From sequence record OQ561750: DNA of 64,000 nt, one strand, 5' to 3'. The position numbers were made by a program, and so were the translations under genes. Positions 8,076 to 17,812 of this stretch are shown here, piece by piece; position 1 is the stretch's first letter, and each line of letters starts with the position of its first letter. This stretch comes from Escherichia phage LHE83. Below the pieces are notes generated by a model that was not told where the DNA came from, ran no database searches, and saw only the letters and a list, made by a program, of their open reading frames with translations.

Positions 8076-8393
8076 ATGAAAACCATCGACTGTAAAGCAG
8101 AATATAAAGTGTATTATCATGGAAGTTGTAGTGTCGCTAATATCGGTAATATGCTTTGTCCTCCTGAGGAAACAGGAGTTTTGTCTGAAACCGGTCGTAA
8201 GAAAAACCTAAATCGTGTGTTCTTTACTGAAGATATCGGTTTGGCTAAGATTTATGCTGGACGTGCAGCCCGTTCAGTGGGAGGAGAACCTCGTCTTTAT
8301 CGTGTAATTGCTCCGGTGGATGTGGTTTGTTTAAATGATACTAAAGGCGCTACGGTTTATCATGCTGAATGGGCCTTCTGTGAGGAAATCTAA
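8076..8393 (+). CDS. hypothetical protein
   Basis: ORF with SD GGAGA; contains YYHGS...E pattern (weak ART-like). Confidence 0.55.
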   Translation: MKTIDCKAEYKVYYHGSCSVANIGNMLCPPEETGVLSETGRKKNLNRVFFTEDIGLAKIYAGRAARSVGGEPRLYRVIAPVDVVCLNDTKGATVYHAEWAFCEEI

Positions 8394-8597
8394 ATGCCTA
8401 AATTAGAGAAAGTAGTGTTTATTGGTTGGTTTGAAAATGGTAATATGTTTACCAAAGAAACCGTTCTGGATGTTAGTGACCAAAATATGATTGAATGGGT
8501 TACAGTGCAGTATGCAGAAGTGAATAATGCGCTGGTGAAAGCCTTTGTTGATGACAATAAAGTTTTTGAGTGTGATTACCGTTCTAACGAAAAATAA
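8394..8597 (+). CDS. hypothetical protein
   Basis: ORF with SD GAGGA. Confidence 0.5.
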   Translation: MPKLEKVVFIGWFENGNMFTKETVLDVSDQNMIEWVTVQYAEVNNALVKAFVDDNKVFECDYRSNEK

Positions 8598-8657
8598 CAG
8601 TTTACATCAAAGGGATAATGCAGTATATTATCCCTATCAACTACCGAGGAGAACATT

Positions 8658-8951
8658 ATGAAAAAGTTATTAATCGCAGCAATTCTTGCCGTAGCATCAT
8701 GTGGTACAGCTCCAGTTACTGCTGGACTTGATAAAGACCTTTGTGAATGGTCTATGACTGCAGACCAAGAATCGGTCGAACATCAGATTTATGCTGATAT
8801 CATGAACATCACTAAACGTGACCGCCCTGATATGGTTAAAGAAGTGTCAGACCAATTGGCTTCAAGCGGCGTTATGCAGTATAACTATGTTCTGTATTGT
8901 GACGCTAATTTCGATAACAAAAACATCGTTAAAGAGGTGACAGGTGAATAA
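8658..8951 (+). CDS. predicted lipoprotein
   Basis: Signal peptide with lipobox VASC; SD GAGGAG; preceded by GTTTAC promoter. Confidence 0.6.
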   Translation: MKKLLIAAILAVASCGTAPVTAGLDKDLCEWSMTADQESVEHQIYADIMNITKRDRPDMVKEVSDQLASSGVMQYNYVLYCDANFDNKNIVKEVTGE

Positions 8952-9384
8952 GATTAACAGAAATTTGGTTATCAAAAAACTTCGTTGTAAAAATCCAAAT
9001 GCACAAGCATACAGGATGTTTTGGAGCGACGACCACCAATACCTAGGTTATTTTCTTGTTGATAGCGATGATCGAATTACAATGGCTCATAAACTTCTTA
9101 ACAGAGAATTAAACCATTGGCAAGAACTTATTGCGGTGAGGTCTAAATTATTTTCATGCAATACAATGCACCAATTGGTTTATTTTTTCGCCGATGGTAT
9201 TCCTGACAAGGTTGAGTTTGATGGGTTTGAATTTAAAGATATCCACCCGGACAACGAATTGAACGACCGCGTTAATATAGATATCCCTAGCAAGTATATC
9301 AAAAACAGTCTGTTGAAAATTCTGGAAGCTCCGGTTTATTCAATTGACGACCAGATTTTTAATGCCTTTATGAATCGAGGTTAA
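8944..9384 (+). CDS. hypothetical protein
   Basis: GTG start with SD AGAGG. Confidence 0.5.
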   Translation: MNKINRNLVIKKLRCKNPNAQAYRMFWSDDHQYLGYFLVDSDDRITMAHKLLNRELNHWQELIAVRSKLFSCNTMHQLVYFFADGIPDKVEFDGFEFKDIHPDNELNDRVNIDIPSKYIKNSLLKILEAPVYSIDDQIFNAFMNRG

Positions 9385-9385
9385 T

Positions 9386-9607
9386 ATGTTTGTTTTAACT
9401 CAATTCTCTAAAGCGGTATATGGTTACTCCTGCCAGTGGGAAGTCTTTATCGATTCTCCTTCACCTAAGTACGGTGTTTTTGGACGAGTAACTACTCAAG
9501 CTTATGTTGCACGGCCTACTAAGCGCCAGCTTCGTAAACTTAAAAAGGCCCATCGCCAACTGATTGAAAGAAGGGAACAATATGAGTGCAATGTGTACGG
9601 GCTCTAA
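9386..9607 (+). CDS. hypothetical protein
   Basis: ORF, SD GAGG. Confidence 0.5.
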   Translation: MFVLTQFSKAVYGYSCQWEVFIDSPSPKYGVFGRVTTQAYVARPTKRQLRKLKKAHRQLIERREQYECNVYGL

Positions 9608-9773
9608 GATTTCTGTATTCGAGTTATTCGAAGAATATGAAATCATATCAAAAGACCAAGAAGCTATCCATATTATTGCTGATGATGGTGTGACTTGGAT
9701 TATTCCACTTTACCACGAAGATACCTATGAAGTCACTGATGCAAATGGTGATAAAGCTATTTTCGTAATATAA
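9582..9773 (+). CDS. hypothetical protein
   Basis: Internal ATG of track ORF 9564-9773 with SD AGAAGGGA. Confidence 0.45.
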   Translation: MSAMCTGSKISVFELFEEYEIISKDQEAIHIIADDGVTWIIPLYHEDTYEVTDANGDKAIFVI

Positions 9774-9789
9774 ATAAGGCCAGGAGCCT

Positions 9790-9951
9790 ATGAAATCTTT
9801 TAAAGAAGTTATGAACGAAGATATGGTCGCAGGCGATGCAGGTGGTAATCCTACTGCTATTGCCTCCGGAACTACCTCAGGCGCAGTCGTCAATAAAGGG
9901 CCTGAACAAATCCCATCTAAAAAGCGTAAAGAAAAATCCGAAAACGAATGA
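9790..9951 (+). CDS. small hypothetical protein (53 aa)
   Basis: Below ORF-track cutoff; SD AGGAG 5 nt upstream; ends TGA 9949-9951. Confidence 0.35.
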   Translation: MKSFKEVMNEDMVAGDAGGNPTAIASGTTSGAVVNKGPEQIPSKKRKEKSENE

Positions 9952-9989
9952 TATAATGGCTCTATTAATTTAGAGCCTAAGGAAAAATA

Positions 9990-11018
9990 ATGTCATATGT
10001 CGATAGAGAATTTGCTGTACGTGCCTTGAATTACCAACCTAAATTCAGACAAGTAACTGGTAGTGATTTTAAATTAAACTGTCGTTGTCGTGTATGTGGC
10101 GACTCCCAAAAAGATGAGAACAAAGCTCGTTTTTGGGCCTATCCGGCTAATGACGGCTCCGTAATGCTGCACTGTTTTAACTGTGACTATTCAGCAGGAA
10201 TTAAGAAGTATCTATACGAATATGAGCCTGATTTATATCGCGAATATATTCTTGAGAAACATAAAGAGCAATCGTTCGGGAGACAAGCGGCACCTAAGGT
10301 GGAGATATCAGAAAAGATTAAAGCCAAGATGCCTGTCATCGAAAAGCTTAATTTCTGTGAACGTCTGGATAGAATGCCAAACGACCATCCTATTATCAAA
10401 TATGTAACACTACGTTGCATTCCTGAAAACAAATGGAATCGGCTGTGGTTTACTAAAGAATGGCCTGCATTAGTTAACTCTGTCAATCCAGGGACCTATT
10501 CTAAAGAAATGCCTGAGCCTCGTTTGGTTATTCCTATTTTCAATAAGGATAAACAAATAGAAAGTTTTCAAGGTCGAGCCTTGCGTAAAGATGCTCCACA
10601 AAAATATATTACAATAAAGGCTCATGACCAAGCTACAAAAATATATGGAATGGATACAGTTGACGAACGTCAGTTGGTGTGGGTAATGGAAGGTCCTATT
10701 GATTCATTATTCGTACCGAATGCAATAGCAATTACTGGCGGGTCGTTGGACTTGGCTATGGTTCCATGTAAAGAAACTCGTGCCTGGGTAATGGACAATG
10801 AACCCCGCCATCCCGACACAATTAAGCGTATGCAACGATTAGTTGATGCTGGCGAAAGGGTTCTATTCTGGGACAAGGCTCCATGGCCTTCTAAAGATAT
10901 AAATGATATGATTATGAAAGATAAAGCTGATATAAATGATGTACTGGCATATATGAAAGCTAATATAGCCCAAGGTCTAATGGCTAAAATGAGACTTTCA
11001 AAATATTCTAAAATTTAG
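9990..11018 (+). CDS. 61: DNA primase gp61
   Basis: 342 aa, zinc-ribbon CRCRVCGD...HCFNC, same length as T4 gp61. Confidence 0.85.
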   Translation: MSYVDREFAVRALNYQPKFRQVTGSDFKLNCRCRVCGDSQKDENKARFWAYPANDGSVMLHCFNCDYSAGIKKYLYEYEPDLYREYILEKHKEQSFGRQAAPKVEISEKIKAKMPVIEKLNFCERLDRMPNDHPIIKYVTLRCIPENKWNRLWFTKEWPALVNSVNPGTYSKEMPEPRLVIPIFNKDKQIESFQGRALRKDAPQKYITIKAHDQATKIYGMDTVDERQLVWVMEGPIDSLFVPNAIAITGGSLDLAMVPCKETRAWVMDNEPRHPDTIKRMQRLVDAGERVLFWDKAPWPSKDINDMIMKDKADINDVLAYMKANIAQGLMAKMRLSKYSKI

Positions 11019-11215
11019 GCAGGAACTCCGCTAAAGAATCCAATTATGCTTAATACGTGTTCCATTGTAACCGCTGGTAAAATTATCCCTTGGCTAGCGG
11101 CTACAGGGACTACTAGAAGATTCCAAAGGAATACGTCTAGCGCAAGAAAACCTAACATCATTTTCTTGTCTTTCTTTTCGGCCAATTTCCAGATTTGGTA
11201 AAAAATACTGCCCAT
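11015..11215 (-). CDS. small membrane protein encoded antisense to the early gene direction
   Basis: 66-aa hydrophobic ORF with strong SD AGGAGG 5 nt upstream of ATG on minus strand. Confidence 0.5.
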   Translation of the reverse strand: MGSIFYQIWKLAEKKDKKMMLGFLALDVFLWNLLVVPVAASQGIILPAVTMEHVLSIIGFFSGVPA

Positions 11216-11306
11216 GTTATCCTCCTGTTAAATTAATATTTATTCGCTTTAATCTAACAGTTTATAATTATCTAACTTACTAATGAATTGAAAAGGAAAA
11301 AATATA

Positions 11307-11828
11307 ATGGCACACTTTAACGAATGCTCACAACTTATTGCTGGTGTTGATAAAGCTGAGGAAGCTTATTTTAATGCTCTGATTCACGAAGATAAAGACC
11401 CTCTGCAGGTTATGCTTGATATGCAGAAATCATTACAGGTCCGTTTGGCTAAAGATAAACCTGAATATAACCGTCATCCTGATGACTTGGCTACTGCAGG
11501 TGAAGTTGTTGATTGGTTGCGCAATCAGAAAGATTATATTGATGATGAATTCCGCGAACTTCTGACTTCTCTTGGTGGCATGAGCAATGGCGAAAAAGAT
11601 GCGAGCGCTGTATGGAAGCCTTGGAAAGCTCAACATGCTGAACGTCGTGAAACCCTGATTAACGATTTGTCTCCTGAAGACCAGCTCGAAATTAAATTCG
11701 AAATGATTGATATTCTGCACTTTGTTCTGAATATGTTCCAAGGTCTTGGACTGACTGCTGAAGAAATCTTTAAACTGTATTACCTGAAAAATGCCGAGAA
11801 CTTTGCTCGCCAGGACCGAGGTTATTAA
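11307..11828 (+). CDS. 56: dCTPase/dUTPase (MazG-like) gp56
   Basis: Size, position and similarity to T4 gp56 by recollection. Confidence 0.8.
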   Translation: MAHFNECSQLIAGVDKAEEAYFNALIHEDKDPLQVMLDMQKSLQVRLAKDKPEYNRHPDDLATAGEVVDWLRNQKDYIDDEFRELLTSLGGMSNGEKDASAVWKPWKAQHAERRETLINDLSPEDQLEIKFEMIDILHFVLNMFQGLGLTAEEIFKLYYLKNAENFARQDRGY

Positions 11829-11830
11829 GT

Positions 11831-11838
11831 TATAAATA
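11831..11838 (+). promoter_or_regulatory. late promoter TATAAATA upstream of soc
   Basis: Exact TATAAATA ~30 nt upstream of soc ATG. Confidence 0.7.
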
Positions 11839-11869
11839 CACCTGTAATTAAACAACAAAGGAGTTAATT

Positions 11870-12103
11870 ATGGGTGGTTTCGTTAATATTAAAACCTTTA
11901 CGCATCCGGCTGGTGAAGGTAAAGAAGTTAAAGGTGTTGAAGTATCTGTCCCGTTTGAAATCTATTCAAACGAGCATCGTATTGCGAATGCACACTATCA
12001 GACATTTCCTTCTGAAAAGGCGGCATACACTACTGTAGTAACTGATGCAGCCGATTGGCGAACTAAGAACGCGGCGATGTTTACGCCTACCCCAGTAGTT
12101 TAA
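11870..12103 (+). CDS. soc: small outer capsid protein Soc
   Basis: GFVNIKTF...AHYQTFPSEKAAY matches T4 Soc by recollection. Confidence 0.85.
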   Translation: MGGFVNIKTFTHPAGEGKEVKGVEVSVPFEIYSNEHRIANAHYQTFPSEKAAYTTVVTDAADWRTKNAAMFTPTPVV

Positions 12104-12109
12104 TTATAA

Positions 12110-12131
12110 GGAACCTTCGGGTTCCTTTTTT
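12110..12131 (+). terminator. intrinsic terminator (GGAACC-UUCG-GGUUCC + U6)
   Basis: Perfect hairpin with UUCG loop and TTTTTT; identical copy at 32079. Confidence 0.85.
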
Positions 12132-12197
12132 GGTTTTAAGGGTTTACTTTCTAAGAAGGTTATGTTAAGATGGTCTTATCTTATAGAGGAGAATGCT

Positions 12198-12407
12198 ATG
12201 TTAAATCGTTGGATTAAACCAAATAAAACTTTAGATGAAATTATCGCTAACCACGTATTGAAAAAGTACTTTTATACGCCTTGGTATACCGAAGTTATTG
12301 TCCATTCATTTATGATGCATGAAGACGGTTCTATCGAATTTAATGCCGAAATCCGTCACGAGACTGATGATATTGATAAAGTTGAATTTAAACGAGGTTT
12401 CCTATGA
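12198..12407 (+). CDS. hypothetical protein
   Basis: SD GAGGAG. Confidence 0.5.
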   Translation: MLNRWIKPNKTLDEIIANHVLKKYFYTPWYTEVIVHSFMMHEDGSIEFNAEIRHETDDIDKVEFKRGFL

Positions 12408-12727
12408 TTCGTTGGCTTAAGAATTTTTTCAAGACCAAACCTGGTGAAGGGGTGGTTCCTATCTCAGGTCTGAAGGAATATGTTTATGTGGGCGATGGTA
12501 TGATGGAAGAAGTTATCCGTCAACCTGAAAAAGCCGGTAATGTAGGCCCGGGTGCCCTTCCTTTGAATTCTAAAAAGTTTAAAGAGCATCTAGAAGCTCG
12601 TCGCACAAGCCATATTGATACTACTCCTATTATGGTTGCGGCTGCTGTCAGTTCTTGGACTGGTGATTCTTCTTATTCGTCTTATGACTCAGGAAGCTGT
12701 GACTCATCGTCCGGCTCGTGTGATTAA
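12404..12727 (+). CDS. hypothetical protein (Ser-rich C-terminus)
   Basis: ORF. Confidence 0.5.
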   Translation: MIRWLKNFFKTKPGEGVVPISGLKEYVYVGDGMMEEVIRQPEKAGNVGPGALPLNSKKFKEHLEARRTSHIDTTPIMVAAAVSSWTGDSSYSSYDSGSCDSSSGSCD

Positions 12728-12927
12728 TGAAACCTTTATCATGGCTTAAAGATTGGCTGGACCGTCCTGGTGATTATCTTGATGACGGGTGGTTGGACCA
12801 AGCTAATGCAGAAATGAAACGCGAGTCCGAAGAATGGATTCTTAAAGGTATCCGTGAAGAACGCGAAAAGAAATTAGAACGCGAAGCTCTTAGAATTATG
12901 CGTGACATCTATGGGGATAAATCATGA
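12727..12927 (+). CDS. hypothetical protein
   Basis: ORF, start overlaps upstream stop. Confidence 0.45.
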   Translation: MKPLSWLKDWLDRPGDYLDDGWLDQANAEMKRESEEWILKGIREEREKKLEREALRIMRDIYGDKS

Positions 12928-13091
12928 CTACTGAAGAGGCCGAAAAACAAGCTAAAGAGGCACTGGATTTGCTTCTTAAAATTGGTAGTAAAATGATGAA
13001 AGAAAACGAGAAATACATCCAAGAAAATAAAATTCCGGATGGTCCTTTAGTAGGTAAACTAAGAAGAGGAAATCATAATGAAAGTTTATGA
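12924..13091 (+). CDS. small hypothetical protein (55 aa)
   Basis: Below track cutoff; ATGA overlap with upstream stop. Confidence 0.3.
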   Translation: MTTEEAEKQAKEALDLLLKIGSKMMKENEKYIQENKIPDGPLVGKLRRGNHNESL

Positions 13092-13566
13092 ACTAGAATT
13101 CCATGTACGTGATTCATCTGGACAGACACGTCCTTATGATGCTACAGTGTGTCTTATCTTTGTCGACAATGGTACGAATTCTATAACCCAGTTAGAAACA
13201 CGATTAAAAGATATTAAGCTTCCAGAAAATATTATGATGAAGGCTTACCATAACAAAAATGTTGATGTTGCTGAAGATTGTCCTTTTAGCCTGGCTGAAG
13301 CATTACATATCAAGGGTTATCGCCATCCGGACCCGTATGGCGAAGGAACAATGGACATTTTCTATAAAGATACCGATAGAATGTCCAACGAACGTCTTAA
13401 AGGTCGTACTTATCTTATTTCCGCTACCGAAGACCTTATTGAAGTTGAACGTCAGATTTGGAAGCACTTTGATATTGGATTGCGCTTTACCATGACTGAA
13501 GACGCTATTCGTGATGCTAAGGTACGAGCTCGTATGTACGAGTACGGTCCTATCGGTGGTTACTAA
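13078..13566 (+). CDS. hypothetical protein (mrh-region)
   Basis: ORF with SD AGAGGA. Confidence 0.55.
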   Translation: MKVYELEFHVRDSSGQTRPYDATVCLIFVDNGTNSITQLETRLKDIKLPENIMMKAYHNKNVDVAEDCPFSLAEALHIKGYRHPDPYGEGTMDIFYKDTDRMSNERLKGRTYLISATEDLIEVERQIWKHFDIGLRFTMTEDAIRDAKVRARMYEYGPIGGY

Positions 13567-13754
13567 TGGACTTATTTGATATGTTTGTCATTCCGGACCC
13601 TGAGCCTGAAACAACTCAGGAGCCGCCTGTTGACCTTGTCAACGAACTTGATATGATTATACAGAAGCATGGTTTTAAGTTGCCTAAAGATGTTCTTAGT
13701 GACCTAGCTTCTTATTACTTAGACCCTCCACCCTGGGCTCCTTGGGTAAAATAA
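13566..13754 (+). CDS. hypothetical protein
   Basis: ORF. Confidence 0.45.
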   Translation: MDLFDMFVIPDPEPETTQEPPVDLVNELDMIIQKHGFKLPKDVLSDLASYYLDPPPWAPWVK

Positions 13755-13756
13755 AG

Positions 13757-13785
13757 TTTTACACCTCCTCCCTTCATGTTATAAT
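13757..13785 (+). promoter_or_regulatory. early promoter (TTTTAC, 17 bp, TGtTATAAT)
   Basis: Hexamers/spacing; downstream hairpin GACCTC/GAGGTC contains SD. Confidence 0.65.
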
Positions 13786-13809
13786 GACCTCTAAATCACT
13801 GGAGGTCAT

Positions 13810-14379
13810 ATGAACATCGAACAAAAATGTCTTTATCAAGACCGAATCAATTCCAAATTCTCAAAACACGAACAGAATCTTTTAGAAAAATGTCTAGATG
13901 CTAAAAAGGACCCTAACTTCCATTACGACCTTGATAAGCTAGTTCGTAAGCATGTTACTTCAGCGGTTCCGGTAGAGCTTTATCGTGGGATTACCGCTAT
14001 GGAACTTGAGCAACTTGAAGTTCTTTCTGTTGGGTGCCAGTGGTCTCCTGGCCGGGTTACTTCTTTTAGTACACAATACTCACAGGCTCGTCAGTTCGCA
14101 GGGGCATGGGAATATGGAACCAGAACCATTTTAAGTCTCAGGAATGCACCGTTCATTTTCGACTACTATAACCATGCTATCGACCTTGTTCTTGCAGGGA
14201 ATGTAGATGAGCTTGAAATAGATGAAACCCGTATAGACCTCTACGATATGGTCGAAACTGAATGTGAGTTCATGGTCTCCAGCCAATCACGATTTGAGAT
14301 TGTGGAAATCGAAACTATCAAAAGGGACCCGTACGAAATCGAGTACAAAACAATTCATTTAAAAATGTTGGATTTTTAG
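13810..14379 (+). CDS. modB: ADP-ribosyltransferase, ModB-like
   Basis: TSAVPVELYRGI (Arg motif) and C-terminal acidic ExE-like region; paralog of next gene; position as T4 modB. Confidence 0.55.
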   Translation: MNIEQKCLYQDRINSKFSKHEQNLLEKCLDAKKDPNFHYDLDKLVRKHVTSAVPVELYRGITAMELEQLEVLSVGCQWSPGRVTSFSTQYSQARQFAGAWEYGTRTILSLRNAPFIFDYYNHAIDLVLAGNVDELEIDETRIDLYDMVETECEFMVSSQSRFEIVEIETIKRDPYEIEYKTIHLKMLDF

Positions 14380-14433
14380 TTTACAGGCAAGGAAGCTTGT
14401 GGTACTATCTTTCTATCAACTGAGGAGAATAAT

Positions 14434-15048
14434 ATGTTATATCCAAGCCATAAATTAGCAGAATTTATCAACAACGCCAAATGCGATGATTTCCGTGAGA
14501 ATACTCAGATAGAAATTGATGAGGTGTATTCTGATTTAGAACAGAGCACGCTCTGGCAGTGTATGGAAAATAAACCAGATACTATCCAGGAAACTCTGAA
14601 CAAAATTATTCGTAAGAACCTGACTTCTGCAGTGCCTGATAAGTTGTATCGCGGAATTTCTAAGAAGACTATGGCATATCTTGAATCTACGATGTGCGTA
14701 GGTGCTGTAATTGAATTCGACCGTGTGATGAGCTTCTCAAAAGATTTCAATGTAGCTCGTAACTTCGCATCTTATAACTTCTACGGCACATTTAATATCT
14801 TTTGTATTAATGATGCACCATTTGTGTACAATTATCAGGAAGAAATCTTTAAAATGTTATGTGCCGCGCCCCCTGAAGAGTTCCCAGGTGCATTTCCTGA
14901 ATCTACCCGTGTAGCAAACTTACAATTAATCAATGATGAAGATGAGATGATGTTCCCTGCGGGAACTACGCTGAGCGTAGACTCTATTGAGAGAAATCCT
15001 AAATGGAATAATTACACCATTTGGAATCTTTCCGTTCTTTCTTACTGA
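14434..15048 (+). CDS. modA: ADP-ribosyltransferase, ModA-like
   Basis: TSAVPDKLYRGI and EDEMMFPAG (ExE) motif resembling T4 ModA. Confidence 0.6.
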   Translation: MLYPSHKLAEFINNAKCDDFRENTQIEIDEVYSDLEQSTLWQCMENKPDTIQETLNKIIRKNLTSAVPDKLYRGISKKTMAYLESTMCVGAVIEFDRVMSFSKDFNVARNFASYNFYGTFNIFCINDAPFVYNYQEEIFKMLCAAPPEEFPGAFPESTRVANLQLINDEDEMMFPAGTTLSVDSIERNPKWNNYTIWNLSVLSY

Positions 15049-15186
15049 ACCACCCGGTTTAATTGAAAGGCAAAGTCCTTGATTCATTATACCGTCGAAA
15101 ATTTAAAGCAAAAAAGTGTTTACTTTACCGAGCAACATGATACTATAGACCTATCAGCTAATCGTCCGTAAGATGAGAAAAATATT

Positions 15187-15936
15187 ATGCCTACTATTAA
15201 AACTAACGATGAATTTGAGTTAAAGGTTTACAAACGTCGCGAACACACTAAAGCCTCTGCCAAAAAACGTGGTAAGGACTTTAACCTGTCTAGTAAGTAC
15301 GTTCGTAGACTTCTTGAACAAAAAGTGTGTGCATATTCAGGCGAGCGCTTTGATGAGAATTCAGATAAAGATAAGATTTCGTTTGAACGCTTTAACAACG
15401 ATATAGGTTATATCGAAGGTAATGTAATCCCGGTTAAAGTTAAGTACAACGGGTTGCGAGCTGATTTGTCTTTAGATGAATTGAAACGTGCACAGACTCG
15501 TTTAGCGTCCCGTATTTCAGGTGGTTCTAAAATGCCTAATAGTTTTAAAGTTACCCCAGATAATTATTATAAAATTCGTAAAATAGTTAAAAATATTAAA
15601 GATACCCAAAGAGGTCTTAAAAAGCGTGAAAAACGTCTTAAGGACCTTATTAAATCAGGAGCCACTGATAATACCCCTTCTGTCATCGCGGTTAAGGCCC
15701 GTATCCATGGTTCTAACGCTTCAATAGGTACTATGGAAAAGGGTCTTAAATCTTTAATTGGTGGGCCTGATTGGCGTGTCAAGTTTAAATTGTCTGAAGC
15801 AGAAACGCGTTACGATATGTATGATAAAATTATTCAAGGTCTGGAGCGTTTAGAACACCTTTCTTTTATTGACAAAATGAAGTTGAAAAAAGGTCTTCCG
15901 CTGAATGCTTCAATTTTTTCACTGATTAGAGGTTAA
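15187..15936 (+). CDS. Srd-like protein (by position)
   Basis: 249 aa between mod genes and dda; N-terminal CAYSGERF...SFERFNNDIGYIEGN HNH_3-like pattern. Confidence 0.35.
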   Translation: MPTIKTNDEFELKVYKRREHTKASAKKRGKDFNLSSKYVRRLLEQKVCAYSGERFDENSDKDKISFERFNNDIGYIEGNVIPVKVKYNGLRADLSLDELKRAQTRLASRISGGSKMPNSFKVTPDNYYKIRKIVKNIKDTQRGLKKREKRLKDLIKSGATDNTPSVIAVKARIHGSNASIGTMEKGLKSLIGGPDWRVKFKLSEAETRYDMYDKIIQGLERLEHLSFIDKMKLKKGLPLNASIFSLIRG

Positions 15937-15940
15937 CGTG

Positions 15941-16237
15941 ATGTACTATGCATACGTATTAGTTCACAAGGACAAAGACGGGTACGAAATTCCATTAGAA
16001 GAGGCCGGTGAAGTGACTTTGTATTCGACAAAGATTGGAGCCGATACCGCTCTATCCGTTTATGAAATGTCAACAAAAAGATATCTTCGGCTTGGACGCC
16101 TTGAAACGGTGTGCACACCTAGAAAATGGTGGTTTGATAAGTGGGAAACTAAAACAGTATATCCTACCGAAGAACGAGCCCGAGAACTTAAATTAGTTTT
16201 AGACACTTTATATGTTAAGCGAGTAAAATTGGCATGA
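15941..16237 (+). CDS. hypothetical protein
   Basis: ATG 3 nt downstream of track GTG start; SD AGAGG. Confidence 0.5.
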   Translation: MYYAYVLVHKDKDGYEIPLEEAGEVTLYSTKIGADTALSVYEMSTKRYLRLGRLETVCTPRKWWFDKWETKTVYPTEERARELKLVLDTLYVKRVKLA

Positions 16238-17565
16238 TTACATTTGAAGACTTGAACAACGGCCAGAGGACGGCCTTTAAAGAAATCATTGAAGCTATTA
16301 AACGACGTAAGGGTGAATGGATTACATTGAACGGTCCTGCTGGTACAGGTAAAACAACCCTTACCAAATTTATTCTTGACCATCTAGTCAAGAATGGTGA
16401 ACTCGGAGTTATTTTGACTGCGCCTACTCATGCGGCCAAAAAGGTATTGTCGAAACTCGCAGGTCAAGAAGCATCAACAATTCATAGAATTCTAAAAATT
16501 AACCCTACTACGTACGAAGACCAGGACATCTTTGAACAACGCGAAGCTCCTGACTTGAGCAAATGTAATGTTCTAGTTGTTGACGAAGGCTCGATGATTG
16601 ACGGTAAGCTGTTTAAGATTATTGAATCCTCCGTGCCACCATGGTGTACTGTATTAGGGATTGGCGACAGAGCTCAGCTACAGCCAGTGGAACCTGGAAG
16701 TGATGGTAGCCCTCAGTTGTCTCCATTCTTTACACATCCAAAAATCAAACAATTACATTTGACTGAAGTGATGCGTAGTAATGCTCCTATCATTGAGGTG
16801 GCTACTGAAATCCGTAATGGTGGGTGGTTTAGAGATTGTGTATTCGAAGGACATGGTGTCCATGGTTTTAAATCCCAAACAGCATTAAAAGATTTTATGA
16901 TGAATTATTTTTCCATTGTAAAAGATGCTGATGCCCTGTTTGAGAATAGGATGTTTGCTTATACCAATAAATCGGTTGAAAAGCTGAATAGCATTATTCG
17001 TAAAAAGCTTTATGAAACCGATGCACCTTATATCAAGGGCGAAATCCTAGTGATGCAAGAGCCTTTTATGAAGGAACTTGAATACGATGGTAAGAAATTC
17101 TCTGAAACCATTTTTAATAACGGACAAATGGTTCGTATTCTGGATGTGAACCATACCTCGTTGTTTTTGTCTGCTAAGGATGTAGGCACTCGTCAAATGA
17201 TTAATTACTGGGACCTGCAAGTAGAATCTGTTGATGAAGACGACGAGTACTATGTAGAGCATTTAAAGGTTATCGATGAGGCTTCAGTTGAGAAGTTCCA
17301 TTATTTCTTGGCTAAGGTTGCTACAGAGTACAAAGCCATGCGTGGTAGTGGTAAGAAACCTAAGTGGGCTGATTTCTGGAAAGCCAAGCGAATGTTCAGT
17401 AAGGTTCGAGCTCTTCCTGTGAGCACTGTTCATAAATCCCAAGGACTTACAGTCCAAAACAGTTTCATCTATACTCCATGCATGCATATGGCTGATGCGA
17501 ATTTAGCTTCACAGCTGGCTTATGTTAGTATTACTCGTGCTCGTACTGACGCCTACTACGTTTGA
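16234..17565 (+). CDS. dda: Dda SF1 DNA helicase
   Basis: Walker A LNGPAGTGKTT; 443 aa. Confidence 0.85.
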   Translation: MITFEDLNNGQRTAFKEIIEAIKRRKGEWITLNGPAGTGKTTLTKFILDHLVKNGELGVILTAPTHAAKKVLSKLAGQEASTIHRILKINPTTYEDQDIFEQREAPDLSKCNVLVVDEGSMIDGKLFKIIESSVPPWCTVLGIGDRAQLQPVEPGSDGSPQLSPFFTHPKIKQLHLTEVMRSNAPIIEVATEIRNGGWFRDCVFEGHGVHGFKSQTALKDFMMNYFSIVKDADALFENRMFAYTNKSVEKLNSIIRKKLYETDAPYIKGEILVMQEPFMKELEYDGKKFSETIFNNGQMVRILDVNHTSLFLSAKDVGTRQMINYWDLQVESVDEDDEYYVEHLKVIDEASVEKFHYFLAKVATEYKAMRGSGKKPKWADFWKAKRMFSKVRALPVSTVHKSQGLTVQNSFIYTPCMHMADANLASQLAYVSITRARTDAYYV

Positions 17566-17572
17566 GGAAAAT

Positions 17573-17812
17573 ATGATTAAAGTAACTAAAGACCAATTTT
17601 ATAAGTTGAAATTCGAAACCGAACATATTATTAAAGTCAACCAAAATAATATCAGCATTAGGCAAAAGGCCCATACTGTCCTGAACTCTCTTAAAGAGAT
17701 TGAAAGTGATTTTATTGCAGTACAAAATCTGATGGACGACAATATCTCTTCGGTTTATATTGAAGACTACACCGTTGGCCAAATCCGAGACCTTATGAGG
17801 TACGTTAAATGA
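17573..17812 (+). CDS. hypothetical protein
   Basis: SD GAGGA. Confidence 0.5.
   Translation: MIKVTKDQFYKLKFETEHIIKVNQNNISIRQKAHTVLNSLKEIESDFIAVQNLMDDNISSVYIEDYTVGQIRDLMRYVK

Noticed and set aside
12142-12171. GTTTAC element at 12142 as a canonical early promoter
   Set aside because: No clear TATAAT-like hexamer at 17-bp spacing (only TGtTAAGAT at 18 bp), so it was not listed as a confident promoter feature
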